The translations under genes were made by a program, and so were the position numbers. Shown piece after piece: positions 46,001 through 58,140 of a DNA stretch of 64,000 nt. A model generated the notes under the pieces. That model did not search any database, was not told the DNA's origin, and saw only the letters and a list, made by a program, of their open reading frames with translations. Every line of letters starts with the position of its first letter. Position 1 is the first letter of the stretch. Source of the DNA: Epithemia pelagica (taxonomy: Eukaryota > Protista > Bacillariophyta); contig OX337236.1 in the NCBI GenBank assembly GCA_946965045.2, positions 2,542,001 to 2,606,000 on the forward strand, given 5' to 3'.

Positions 46001-47265
46001 TTTGGGAAAAGCTGTCAAGTGTGCTCAAGAGTTGGGGGTTTGAAATCAACCCGTATGATTCCTGTGTGGCGAATAAAACGGTAAAAGGCGAGCAACTAAC
46101 GGTCACATGGCACATAGATGATCTTAAGATCTCTCACGTGGACCAAGCTGTCGTGGACCAGTTTGTTAATGATCTCAAGGCCGAGTTTGGACAGTTGGGA
46201 GAGATATCTGTATCGGAAGGAAAACGACATGACTACCTTGGCATGTTCCTCGATTACAATGAGGATGGAGTAGTGCAAGTGGATATGCGATCCTACCTCT
46301 CCACTATCTTGGATGATTTGCCCAAGGAGTTCAAAGGCAAGGCACGATCACCGGCTGCAAAACACCTTTATCACACAGATGAGAGCACACGGAAACTGGA
46401 GCCGGAAAAAGCTGACCGGTATCATAGTATCACAATGCAATTGGCCTATCTGGCACAACGTGGAAGGCCCGATATACGGATGGCAGTTAATTTCCTCAGC
46501 ACACGAGTGGCACAGCCCGACGAGGACGATTACCGTAAACTTGGCAGAGTGTTGAAATACCTCCAATCCACATATGACTTGATCCTGCGTCTGGAAGGCG
46601 ACCAGGATGGGAAGGTCCTGTGATGGGCGGATGCATCCTACGCCACCCACCCCGATATGAAGGGACAAACAGGAGGATGCATGACCATGGGCAAAGGAGC
46701 CGTCATTACAGCATCCAACAAACAGAAGCTGGTGGCTCGCACTTCGACTGAGTGCGAGCTCATAGGAGTACATGACGTGTTGCCATCCATCATTTGGAGT
46801 AAGAATTTCTTGGAGGCACAAGGGTACCCATTGACCGATGTCATTTTACACCAAGATAACCAAAGTAGTATACTCCTGGAAAAGAACGGAAGACTATCAA
46901 GCTAAAAACGAACCAAACACATCAACCTGCGATACTTCTATGTGACAGATTGCATAAAGCGCAAAGAACTACAGGTTCAATTCTGTCCGACTGAGGACAT
47001 GATTGCCGATTTTTTTACCAAACCGCTACAAGGTCAAGCATTCTACCGTCTACGTGATGCCATCATGAATGTGCTTCCGAGTGATCCCTTTCACTCATCG
47101 CAAAGGAGTGTGTTGTGGCAAGATCAGGAAACGGTAGGACTCGACCAAAAGGCGACTGGCGAGAAGGCGAAAGAAGATGCAGATTGGATCTTGGTGAAGC
47201 GACGTGGCCAAAGAAAAGCAACGCAAACGAAACAAGAAGAAGCTCATTCTAAGGAGAATACGTAG
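43033..47265 (+). pseudogene. pol: Copia B Gag C-terminus and Pol, three in-frame stops
   Basis: LLDNQST, IDVLHVN, ADGAF, GDIERYIR, KGRGCADG, WHIDD and DASYA; stops at 45559, 46621 and 46903; all pieces share one frame. Confidence 0.94.
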
Positions 47266-47320
47266 TTCGATAAGCCTATAAAGAGTTGCTTTTACGGCAC
47301 GGCTTGTTTGAGTTTCAACA
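47111..47320 (+). repeat. Copia B 3' LTR (intact)
   Basis: TGTTGTGG...TTTCAACA followed by TSD GTTTC. Confidence 0.95.
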
Positions 47321-47750
47321 GTTTCTTCGTCACTTTCTCACCTATGGTTGTTTGGACGTGTGATTCTTAGTTGGTCGGCCATGTAGCTCTTGGCGTAAAC
47401 TACATTCTTAGTTGGTCGGTCATGTAGCTCTTGGCGTAAACTACGCATGAAGGGGGAATCTTGTCGTGAATGTTGTTGAGTGATGGAGGGTGGTGTTTAA
47501 AAGTCACAAGCATATATATATCATCTATATATTCGTCTAGAATTTCTGTTTTTGTTGTCTTACGTGATGAGCTGTTTATCCAAAGCCTCCTTCGTCTCGC
47601 AATGGACTTTCTCACCTATGGTTGTTTGGACGTGTCATTCTTAGTTGGTCGGTCATGTAGCTCCTGGCGTAAACTACGCATGAAGGGGGAAGATAGATAG
47701 ATCTATTCGTGAATGTTGTTGAGTGATGGAGGTTGGTTGAAAGTCACAAA
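47321..47750. repeat. ~240-bp tandem repeat, right part (~1.8 units, with an internal ~41-bp duplication)
   Basis: CTTTCTCACCTATGGTTGTTTGGACGTGT...AAAGTCACAA occurs twice and matches 20440-20590. Confidence 0.88.
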
Positions 47751-47925
47751 CAATAAGGATTCGGTTTTCCGCCTGCATGCAGCTCATGCATATATATATT
47801 TTTTGCAAAGAAAACTCTTGAGTGCTCCGTCAGAGTGAGTGCAAAGGGCGATTTCGGAATCAAGTTGTTTGTTGGTGATCCGTGTAGTTTGCTTCGAAGG
47901 CCAATGTCTCTGCGGGAGAGCTCGA

Positions 47926-49860
47926 TTATTGATTGTCATTGCTCTGCTCATTATTGGATTGGCCATCATTGTGGTGGATAGCTGTTTCCGGTTTTTGGAC
48001 AGTGGAAAGCGATGGAGGAGTCCTACTTTTGGGTGTTGCTTCCTCCGATGGAGCGGTCAAGTCGGCGGTTGGTGGTTCAGCTGGTAACGTCAGTCCTGGC
48101 TCCGGTGACTCTTTGCTGATCGCAAGAAGCATGTCATTGTTGTCTGTAACAAGGGCGTCTTTTATTTGATTGTCTTGTGCCGTAGATTCGTCCTTGCTGA
48201 TCGTAAGAGCCTCGTGGTTGTCTTTGCAGTTACAGTCCTTCTCGTCCTGCGTAGAGTTTCGAGCCGTGTGGTTGATACTGTTACTGGTTGTGGTTTGTCT
48301 GGGCCTCGTCCCCTTTTGTTGAGTTGAGTTGGATGATGAACCAGGTTCTCGCGGACGCAACAAGGTCAAGGTACAACACCACTTGTTTTCCTCCTTGTCA
48401 GTGACCGTGCTGTTGATGCGGCTGTCCTGGTTGGCAGGTAAGGACACTGGCACGGCTAGATCGTCTGGTTCGCTAGCAGTAGAAGAGGCCAACGTGGCCG
48501 CGGTATCATTGGAATCAGTGCGGTGATGATGATACAAGGAAGCTGCTTGATGTTTTTGTTGATATTGCTGAATGTATTTGGATACTTGTGTGGCCGTCAT
48601 GTGTTTAACGGACTGTTGATTGATTTGAATGAGAAAGTCACCCACTTGAACACCTTGCGACCGCAACAAGGACGACTCCTTGAGAGCATGAACGACGGGG
48701 AATTGCTGCAGCCACAGGAGGGACGGCGATGCGCTCTGTGATACGGTAGGTTTGGTAGAGGACCGCAAACGCTTGCGATTGTGTGGTGTGTTTCGGCCAT
48801 TCTCGGCAAAGGAAGAGAACACCATTGGGTCTGTTGACGACGAGACCAATGCTGTTGGGGATGCGGCTTGCACACTTTGATGTGGTTTGGTAGGTCGTCG
48901 TGCAAAGACGGACCATTGACTGCGTCGCCCCTGCGGAGAGGACGACGAAACCACCAATGAATTGGGGCGATCATGGTTAGAATCAATAGAGGGACTGGGG
49001 TGCATGGTGGTAGTCGTATCCGCACTGGTAATTACCATTCCAAGCTTTTGGTGAGCCGGAATCTGGACGACAAAAGTGTGGTGTTCCCGAATATAATAGT
49101 CATCCATGTTATCTTCTGTGTTCATGGAAGCACGTTGAGCTTGTTTCTGCTGCTTTCTCTTGTTGTTGAACTGTGCGCTTGTCTGTGGAGTGTTACGTTC
49201 TTGCGAAATGGTCGATTTCAATGACTTAACAACATCCTCTGAAGGAGGTAGAGATTGAAAACCGAGGGCTGTTGCACGATGGTTATAGGGACTGACATAG
49301 TCTGTCACATCAGGATTCGTAGGAAGTTCGTGACTTTGTCTGGGTGGTTGGTCCATGTCTTCTTCCCGTGTGTGATTGTCGCCATGTGTTCCACCAACAG
49401 ACGAACCAATTGAGCCTCCTTGGTTTTTGTGTCCTTCTTGTTCCTCCCCATGTTTATTATATTTGCCTCGCTTTCTGTTCTGTTGTTGCTTGGATTGCGA
49501 TGGTTTGGCAACTTTTGGATAATCGTAATCTATCGTAGAGTAGCTGCTTTGTTCCAAACTGCTTTCCATACTGCCTCCTCCTGCATCGTCTCCACCACCC
49601 AGGCTACTGACACCATCGCCACAGCTGCCGCCATTATTTCCCAGTTCTTCGTCCTGTCTGAGCGTCCTCTTACTCTGATTGTTTCTCTCTGTGCCAACCA
49701 AAAAGCCCAGAGGACGATGGTGTCTGTTGTTATGTTTTTTGTTGACGGCTGCTGTTTGGGTTGCTGATGGTTTGGGTTGTTTTGCGCGAATCAACCAAAT
49801 TAAGGCGAGTAAGGTGACGAGAATCACCACGACGGCAGTCACAATGATGGCCACCCACAT
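47926..49860 (-). CDS. Single-pass membrane protein with PDZ-like domain and long disordered regions
   Basis: N-terminal TM segment; KLGMVITS, then VVHALKESS...VQVGDFLIQINQQSV.HMT..QV. Confidence 0.75.
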   Translation of the reverse strand: MWVAIIVTAVVVILVTLLALIWLIRAKQPKPSATQTAAVNKKHNNRHHRPLGFLVGTERNNQSKRTLRQDEELGNNGGSCGDGVSSLGGGDDAGGGSMESSLEQSSYSTIDYDYPKVAKPSQSKQQQNRKRGKYNKHGEEQEGHKNQGGSIGSSVGGTHGDNHTREEDMDQPPRQSHELPTNPDVTDYVSPYNHRATALGFQSLPPSEDVVKSLKSTISQERNTPQTSAQFNNKRKQQKQAQRASMNTEDNMDDYYIREHHTFVVQIPAHQKLGMVITSADTTTTMHPSPSIDSNHDRPNSLVVSSSSPQGRRSQWSVFARRPTKPHQSVQAASPTALVSSSTDPMVFSSFAENGRNTPHNRKRLRSSTKPTVSQSASPSLLWLQQFPVVHALKESSLLRSQGVQVGDFLIQINQQSVKHMTATQVSKYIQQYQQKHQAASLYHHHRTDSNDTAATLASSTASEPDDLAVPVSLPANQDSRINSTVTDKEENKWCCTLTLLRPREPGSSSNSTQQKGTRPRQTTTSNSINHTARNSTQDEKDCNCKDNHEALTISKDESTAQDNQIKDALVTDNNDMLLAISKESPEPGLTLPAEPPTADLTAPSEEATPKSRTPPSLSTVQKPETAIHHNDGQSNNEQSNDNQ

Positions 49861-50914
49861 GGCATGAACGATGGACCGCTAAAGATAAGTACAGATACGG
49901 CGTACAGTTCAGGAACTCGAAAGTGGTGGAATCCTCTTGAATGGATGAGCCTGGAAAAGAAGTTTCAGATCAATCGAACGCAGGAGGACTCTTGTTGATG
50001 GTAATGTTAATGTTGATGATCACGACTTTTCGTGTCCCTTGAATGTTCGTGCTTTTGTATGATGATGACTGAGCGTAGACCTCTAGAAGTAGGCAGGGCA
50101 CAATGTCTCAAACTCGTCTTTGGTTTTTGTTGTTTGTTTTTATGAGACTTTTCTGGTTGTTCATGACCTGAACTTGCCTTGTTCTCTGCGGCAACCAATT
50201 CTCTGCATCCAAGAGCAAAGATTGGAGGATAAGAAGTGGATTCCATCTTGCTGGATCGCCTTCTCACTTCTCACCTCTCACAACAAAGGAAGCAACGTGT
50301 ACCTCCGGCGATCCTCTTGCGCCTTGGTCGCTCCCCACAATGGCCCCCATTCCCAACCAATACGGCCCCCATGGTCAAACCCGGCATGCTTCTTGGGACT
50401 CACGCAATACCGTTTCTCGTAAAATGGGACTCATCTTATTCGTGTTTCATTATGTCTTGGTCTTGATGATGTCGGCGAGACGCACACCCGTACCTGGCAT
50501 GCGCGCGAGCCTCCTTCACACTGACTGACTGTTTCTCGTAGTAGTTATAAGGACGTGGTGGAACCATAGAAAATAGAAAGACTCCAAATTTTCTCCCCCC
50601 CAGAACAGCTATTTTACAATAGCGAAAACAGACCCCCCGGGAAATTCTGGCAGAGGCAAGAACGCTTGCCACATTGCTGGCGTAACGGGAAAGAAAAGTT
50701 TGCAGGAAAGAGATGAATTTTTTGAATATCGTGTCGCAATTATCCGGGTTTCCACTGAAATCCTGTAAAACCAGGATTACCCGGTATTTTTGATTATCTA
50801 GCGGGAACTACGGACTACGGAGAGACTGCCTCCACCCCCAATCAGTCCGTGATCATGGTCCTCGAGAAAACTCCACGTGGAATACCCCGAGTCAGAGCAC
50901 ATTCGCCATTACAA

Positions 50915-51871
50915 ATGACAATGTCATCTTCGTCGTGTTTGTTGGGAGCGGCCGCCGTGAGAGCCATACCGCAGATACCTTCCACTTTTACTTCCCGAAC
51001 GATGATGAGGACAAGCAGCAGAATTGGGATGGGTGCAGCTTCCATTATCAATGCCACTCATTCTCGTCAAAGAATCACATCGAGAATGATGACCACATTC
51101 ACTGCAGTTACCACACGATACGGTCCCCATTCTAGTTTGGATAAGGAGGAGGATGATTCGCGACGAATGAATCATGGCCAATATCGTCTTACCAGTTGTC
51201 GCAATGCTGGTTCATCACCAGCATCATGGATTCATCCAACACAGCAACAGCAACGACCATTTTCTACTGTTCTGGCCAGACCAAATATCAGCAGCAACCA
51301 CACAACGTTGTTGCTTGGATTGGGTGGTGTGACGTCCACGACACTTCAAGGGTCCCCCCGCTTCCATCCTCCAAATCAACAAGAAACACAAACGACTTTT
51401 ATTCGTTCCTACACGCCCATGACCAAGGAGGAAGAAACCAGTGAAAAATTTCGAGTCTCGTCGTTATCAGAGGCTGCTCGGGAAGAAGAATTGCGCACCT
51501 TGAATCGAGAAATTGCTCGCTTGGAGCGATTGCGTGCCATTAATACGGGAGACGCCTTTACCTGGTCCGGTCGGTACAAATTGCTGGCCCGCAACTACGG
51601 CTTTCCATTCATGGTCTATTATTGGGGAGTTTGGGCCGGCATGTTGATGACTTCCTATCTTGCCATGGAATATGGCAATGTCAATGTCATGGCCTTGTTG
51701 CACCAATTGGATGGCTGGACGGGCTACAACTTTTCCGGCAATGTGAGACCGGAATATGGCAAGATTGGATTGGCTCTCGTCTTGAATGAAGTTTTGGAAG
51801 TCGTCCGATTGCCCTTTGTCATTGTCACGGTCAAACCGCTCATGGATCAATTGTTTCCTCCCAAGTACTAA
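50915..51871 (+). CDS. FAM210/DUF1279 family protein, probably mitochondrial
   Basis: Ser/Arg-rich presequence; YKLLARNYG..FMVYYWGVW and GKIGLALVLNEVLEVVRLP..I.TV. Start ATG uncertain. Confidence 0.8.
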   Translation: MTMSSSSCLLGAAAVRAIPQIPSTFTSRTMMRTSSRIGMGAASIINATHSRQRITSRMMTTFTAVTTRYGPHSSLDKEEDDSRRMNHGQYRLTSCRNAGSSPASWIHPTQQQQRPFSTVLARPNISSNHTTLLLGLGGVTSTTLQGSPRFHPPNQQETQTTFIRSYTPMTKEEETSEKFRVSSLSEAAREEELRTLNREIARLERLRAINTGDAFTWSGRYKLLARNYGFPFMVYYWGVWAGMLMTSYLAMEYGNVNVMALLHQLDGWTGYNFSGNVRPEYGKIGLALVLNEVLEVVRLPFVIVTVKPLMDQLFPPKY

Positions 51872-52224
51872 TCATGAATGAATGCGTGTTTTGGATAGCA
51901 GTGAAACTACGAACACTAGTATGAAATGCCGTTATCGACATGAAAGGGGGAGCACAAGAAAAAGGCTCGCGCTCAACCAGTGAGCCTTACTGGTTGCCGT
52001 GATGATGAAGATGCGATTCATTTCGGATACGGGAATTTTCATGGAGCGGCAACTGAACTCGATAGAACAAGAGAACCACTGGAACAGTCCCGTAAAGTTA
52101 GGAATCAAGTCTTGTCGTTTTCATCTGTCCTCCAGCTAGTTTGTGCTGTTGGTCCATTTTCAGCTTCAGGAACCACAGCCACTGGACAAGTAGCAGGTGG
52201 ATGCTGGATCGCGAGGAGGCAAAA

Positions 52225-53493
52225 TCACGAAGCGTCTTGACAATCCACACTCGAACCTCTATCTTCTTCCTCATCATGTCCCACTATTTCGGGAATGCTT
52301 TCCAACAATAGTAACGACGACGATGATGATAAGGATGATCGAATACTGCTTGTCAGGTTACTCTTGCCGTCACTGCAGCTGGATGACGATGCGTCTTGCC
52401 TTTGTTCTTCTTTTTCTTCTTCCCCAGAACTACCACAAGTGTTGTGGGTGCGGAACTTGACCATATTCGTGCGGCCAAGAGAGCGACCACCAAAGACCAA
52501 TCTTCTCGTACGAGTAGTAGTATTATCCGGTTGGTGCGACTGTTCCAAAGTCGGGCCATCCATACTCTTTGTTTCTTCTTCTTCTTGATGCTGTCGTTGT
52601 CGATGTTTTTGCTGCCGCTGTTGTTGCTTGAGCAAGACTTGTCTCCGAAGGGCCATATCTTGTTGGCATCGAGCTTGATATTCCATTTCCCGCCGCAACA
52701 GCCATTCCTGTTGCTTCCGTTCTTGTTCCATTTTCCGTCGGTAGATTGTTTCTGCTTGAAATGCCTGGAAACTGGTGCTGCGTGGCTTTTTGTTGTTGTT
52801 GACCGTTTTGTCATGAGTAGTGAGGCCATAATGGCGAGAACTGCTGCTCGAAAGAGCCAAATGGGAGTCTTGCTCATCTGCTTGTTTTCGAGATGGATTT
52901 CCCTCCCCCAGCAAGGCCGCACGCAAGGCTTGCTCTCGTTGATACTTCTGATACTGCTCTCGATCTACCTCTTTTCTTGCTTCTGTCCGAAGATTAGAAG
53001 TACTCTTGCTCTTGCGGGTTGCCACGTAACTCAAATGGTCATCGTTGGTTGTAATGATCCATTCAGGACAGGAAGACCGAAAAAGTTGTTCTTGTTGCTG
53101 CTGCATTTGGCGTTGACGTTGACCCCGTCGCGTATTACGTGAGATATAATTCCTCGCAGGTTCCTCATTGTCGTCCTGGTTGGAATCCACGTCGTGGTTC
53201 GTGGACCATGACAGAATTGTCGTGTCGCTGCGGTTACCATGGCTGTTGCTTCTTTTCGTGGAAAAAGAAGACGATGATAAACTGGATGTGTCCTCGGTGA
53301 GATCATCCGTAGGCAGGAAGCTGCTGGATGAAGAGTCCTCCATCTCAAAGAAGACAGCAGGATCATCCCATATGGTAAGTTCCTTTATCTTTTGCTTTTG
53401 TTTTCGTTGCTTCCCAGTCTTTTTATCTCCTGACAACTCGCGGCTTTTCGTTTTGCTATTGCCAAGGTGATTCCGAAGGAGTCTAAGATTCAT
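52225..53493 (-). CDS. Hypothetical low-complexity protein (Ser-, Gln- and Arg-rich)
   Basis: Long open frame with polyQ/polyS tracts; first ATG at 53493; no recognised domain. Confidence 0.65.
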   Translation of the reverse strand: MNLRLLRNHLGNSKTKSRELSGDKKTGKQRKQKQKIKELTIWDDPAVFFEMEDSSSSSFLPTDDLTEDTSSLSSSSFSTKRSNSHGNRSDTTILSWSTNHDVDSNQDDNEEPARNYISRNTRRGQRQRQMQQQQEQLFRSSCPEWIITTNDDHLSYVATRKSKSTSNLRTEARKEVDREQYQKYQREQALRAALLGEGNPSRKQADEQDSHLALSSSSSRHYGLTTHDKTVNNNKKPRSTSFQAFQAETIYRRKMEQERKQQEWLLRREMEYQARCQQDMALRRQVLLKQQQRQQKHRQRQHQEEEETKSMDGPTLEQSHQPDNTTTRTRRLVFGGRSLGRTNMVKFRTHNTCGSSGEEEKEEQRQDASSSSCSDGKSNLTSSIRSSLSSSSSLLLLESIPEIVGHDEEEDRGSSVDCQDAS

Positions 53494-54106
53494 AGAGCGT
53501 CGCCAGCTAGAGGACAAGAAGTGTCTCCTAGCAATCGAGGCTATGTGTCCCCAACTACGAAGTTCCGAGTGTTCCAGAACCAAGACAAAACACAACACAA
53601 TCCGCGGTCGAAATCTCGAATCTCAGATTCGAGTCGATTGGCCGTTGCTATGGCGTCCCCCCTAAATACTATCCGCAACACCAGGAACGGCAACGGGCCC
53701 CTTGAGCATGGAATCGGTGAAATGATCCGTTTCCGAAACGAGTGGGAGTGGTGCGGGGTCCACCGATTTGGGTTTGGGGGCCACCTGTGCCTCGCTCTTA
53801 GGGGCTCTTTATTTATGTATTGAGTATTTGCTCGATAGGGGGAGGAAAAATAATAGTTCGAGGTAACCGGCTCGAATGGAAACAGGATGCTTGTCCCACG
53901 CTTTTCAATCTTCACAGGACAAAGCGCACGATGTCAATATCCGTATACAAGTGCACGACCATTTCATCTAAAATAGAGCTTATTTTGCATAGTTCCCGTA
54001 TTGTCTCACTTTGGAACTAGTCGTGATAATTTTTGTCCCCTTGTGTCGGACTTTCCTTGTTCTCATGTCACCCATCGATGACTGTAGTCCATTGGTTAAA
54101 AGTCTC

Positions 54107-57100
54107 TTAGTTGCCCATTTGAGACTGTTTACGTGGTGGTGTTCTGCGCAAAGATGAAATTTGCTGCCGCAACATATTCTCGTGTTGTTCTTTCTCCCGC
54201 AAAGCTCTGTCAATAGTCGGACTTCGTGTGGACCTGAGCTTCCTGGAACTGCCTTGGAACGCCCGAGGTGGTGTCACATTTGAACTTCCATCTGTTGTAT
54301 AGGAATTACCTCGAGGTGGTGTATGAGGAGGAGTCCGTGCCCCTGCGCCAACCATAACCGACGATCCTGTGTTAAACGAAGAGAGGCTGGCTGTAGTAGA
54401 GTCTGTACCCTTGTTCATATGTAGGCGCTCCAATTCCAGCTTCAATGTTGTCATTTCTGTTTTCAGGCCCTGCATTTCTTGCTCGCGCTCCCATGTTCGT
54501 TTCTCGGCCCGATCAACCTCGGCCATGGCTGCCGTGTTTCTCATCACAAGCTCGCGTTTTTCATCATTCAATGATGCGATGGTGTCCTCATATTCCTGAC
54601 GCAGTTGAGTTATTGTGCTTCCCCTGTCCCTACGTGAAGAAGATTCCATAACGGTACTCGGTCCGTGCTGCTTGGACCGAACCTCTCGTCTTAGCTTTCG
54701 GTTTTCTTCGACAACAGTTTGATACTCTTTCTGCAGTTTCTCGAACTGTTGCGTTCGTCCATTGAATCCGGCGCCCCCTCCGGTCAACTGACGTCTATAG
54801 CGATCGTTGTCATCTTGCAGTTTGTCCCTTGCAACCTTTATCGCCTTGACTTGATCTTGAAGATCATCGGCTTCTTGAGTCAAATCGTTGACTCTCAGTG
54901 TACTTTGTTGCAGCCTTGTTTCTAAGGACGTCACAGTCTTCCTCATTTCCTCCTCGCAGCTTGCTAACTTTTCTCTTTCCTCATGAAGTTGATCTTCCAA
55001 GCTCTGATTTTCCATGTCTAATCTGGTGATTTCTTCTTTCGCGTTTTTCTTGCACTCATTTATCAATGCCTTTCCTTTACGTATCATGTTGTTCATTTTT
55101 TCTTCCCCATCCCCTTTCACCCTCGCAATTTCTTCTTCCAATGCGGATATGCTTTCTTTATGGTCTTCCTTCAACTTGGTAGTTCTGTCTTCGTGTTCCA
55201 CTTGCGATTGTTCGAGTTTTTGTGTCAGTCGGTCCTCCAAATCACTTTTTTCTTTCTGCAGACTTTCGATGGTTTCTGAGGACGATTTCTTGAGACTCTC
55301 GTGATCGCCACGTTCTTCATCCAGCAAGCGATTGAGTTGCGTTGCTTGGTCATCAAGTTGCTGCCGGTACCGTCGCGTCAAAATTTCTTTTGTCGCCTCG
55401 AGGGCTTTGGCGTTTGACTGACTTTCTTCTTCAAAGCGGTCGTCCAAATCACGGTTGTGTTCATGTGCACGCTCTAGTTTTTCTTCAAGCTGTACGACCG
55501 TTTGTTTTGATACGTCCAATTCTTTTCTCGCCATAGATAGCTCCTCGTGTAGCTCATGTATCTCTTCCTGAGTTTTGACCACTTCCTCTTCCATGGCTTT
55601 TGCATTCTGCTCCCAAGAATCCGAGGTTTCTTGTAGATCGGAACACGTTTTCTCGGACACAATAAGCTTTTCCTCGGTCTTTTGCAATTTCTCTCTTATC
55701 TCAGCTACCTCTTTCTTGAATTTTTCAACAAGTTGTGTTTCTTGCTGCAAATGCTTGGTCATCTGCTTTATTTTCTGCTCCATATCGTTATTCTGTTCGG
55801 TGCAATCGGCAAGTGATTCTTTTGTTTTATCCAGTTCCGCATTCGACTTCTCCAATTGCTCAGTTAGAAACAAAATTCTCGATTCGCGTTCCCTTACTTG
55901 CCTGTGTAGCTCGTCGATTTGTTTTGTCGTCTCCTTCCGAAGTTTCGTCAGTTCAGCTTGGGTGCCTTGAAGGTTATCTTTCGTGTTGAGGTATTCTTCT
56001 TTGTACTTATCGGCAAGGCGACGGCTATCGTCCAGTTTGGACTCGAGCTGTTCAACAGCATCGTCTTGACGCTTCGCAGCAAAAGCCCGAAGCTGCAAGT
56101 TCTCGTTCCGTAGCCGCGTCAATTCCGATTTGACTTGTGGGTTTAGTTCCGTCAGCCCCTCGCCCAGGACTGTCCCCTGCGTAGTGGTTTGAATGCTGCG
56201 TTGCGTCTCTTCGTGTATGCGATTAACCATTTCTTGCAACTGCTCTTTCTGCATGATTGACTCTTTTGACAAGCTATTTTTCAAGTCATCAGCGTCCATG
56301 AGTTCAAGTTCTAGACGCTTGAGACTCTCTTGGCACTCCACCAATTTTACTTCGGATTCAATAGCTCGTGTTTTGTACTCTTCTAGCTGTCGTCGAGCTT
56401 GTTGCAGGCCCTTGGCTTCGTTCTCGAGTCGCACTACGTCCTCAAGAGCCCTAGCGTGTGCGTCTTGTTCTTGGTTCAAAGCCTCCCTGACGTCTTGAAA
56501 CTCTTCCAATCGTTCCCGATACATGCGCACGCGTTCCTGGGCCTCAGCAAGGTCTCTATGCGAGGAATTGGAAATATCCAACTCCTCTTGTAATCGCTTC
56601 AATTCCTGCTCTGTTGCGGCATGCCGTTCGCGCTCTGCTTCGTAGCGCTCTAGCTTTCTTTGTATTTCCGTCATTTGAGCCTTGTGATCTTCCTCGGTAT
56701 CGTGCTGTTGGTTAATGTAAGACGATTCGAGTTTCATCATTTCTTGGAAGTGTTCTCCTTGCTTCCGTTGCAAGGTGTTCTCTCTCTCACGCATCTCCTT
56801 TATCTCCGCCTGCAATTCTTGGTTCTGTTTTTGCAGCTGCTGTATCCATCGTTGCGCTGTTTCTGGGGAATCAATTGCTGCGGTCGGAGACATTATATCC
56901 AACGGTAGAGTGCTGCTTACCGGCGTCATGGACGAAAAAGTCGTACTTCTCGTATCGGATGCCTTACCAGAAGAATGCTTCGGAGTCGAAGAGAGATTGC
57001 GTGTGGGGCTCTTATCTTCTTTGGATGCAGTAAAAGGGTTCGGACCATCCGGACTGCTCCAGGTTGTGGATGGCGAATGACCCCGTCTTCGTCTTCGGTT

Positions 57101-58140
57101 CGGAGTCAATATTGAAGGCGTTGCCGTTCCCGTCGATTGTTTGGATTTTGAATAATGGACTTGACTATCGTCGCTTTCACTGCTACTTGGTGCAAGATCC
57201 GCGGAATGACAACTACTGCGTTTATTGGAATTGGGACTGGGACGGCGCAAAATGGGCCGCGGCGCTGTCTTTGGACTGAGAGACGTACTGCTGCGGTCTC
57301 CTCCAGTCAAATTGCCGTTGACTTCATCGTTTGATTGATTTTCCTTCTTTGATGAACTTGAAGCGTTACGACGACGCTCAAGCATTTTCATCAATCTTCG
57401 TTGTGTACGTGTGGGGAGTTGGATAATCCGAGAAACGTATTTGCGACGTTCTTCCATGTCGGAATGATATGAGGCACAATCGCACAAGTTAGCCAAAACA
57501 CGGACTTTGACGACCAGTTGTCTCGTCGATTCTGAAGCTTCCGGTGAGACGACCACATGATCTGGACTTGCTCGAGCTTTAGAAGCTTCAAGCAACGTAT
57601 TCCAGGGCATGTGCTCTTGCAGCAATGAGGTCGCCAGAGACGCGAGTTGGGAGGAGGGATTGTTATTGTCACTATCACTTTTGATACCAGAAAGGATCTC
57701 GGCTGCAATACGACCGACTCCACTGATATTGAATTGTTCCAAAGCAAACGGACAACAATTTATCCGGCGTGAGATGCAATTTATCGCGGAACAATCCATA
57801 TGCCCTTTCACAAGAGCAAAAGATCAGCTTACCTCAAATACTGTGGTTGATCGAGCGACTGCAGCATGTCTAGAAAATTGGCATTTTCATTGTCTTCATG
57901 TTCCCCCAGTAGGATATTCTCTCCAAATGATGGAAACGTTTCAATCCAGGCAATTAGAGCCATGACGTCTCTTCGTTGCAGGACATCCATTTCATTGAAC
58001 GTCGTCTTATTCTCACCAATGACGACATTCTTTTTGGTACTGTTGCTGAAACTGCTACTCCGTCTATGGCTTTTGCGACCAGAGTCCGTCCGTTTTCTAT
58101 TTGGGTCGTTGGCCGAAGAAGGAAGTTTCGTTGGCGTCAT
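54107..58140 (-). CDS. Hook-family-like coiled-coil protein, 2 exons (58140-57833, 57722-54107)
   Basis: N-terminal ALIAWIETF (Hook CH-like); GEGLTELNPQVKSELTRLRNEN and long heptad repeats; GTAAG...ATCAG intron 57832-57723 joins in frame (YLS|GVG). Confidence 0.75.

Larger units (their letters stand above)
29584..47320 (+). mobile_element. Ty1/copia LTR retrotransposon B (CoDi-like), inactivated; 5' LTR split by cargo, gag split by element C
   Basis: Intact 210-bp 3' LTR 47111-47320; 5' LTR halves 29584-29707 and 33038-33104; TSD GTTTC at 29579-29583 and 47321-47325; PPT AAAGGAGTG. Confidence 0.93.

Noticed and set aside
57805-57832. 28-bp intron in the Hook-like gene
   Set aside because: Too short; the acceptor at 57723 gives a 110-bp intron and also keeps the frame.
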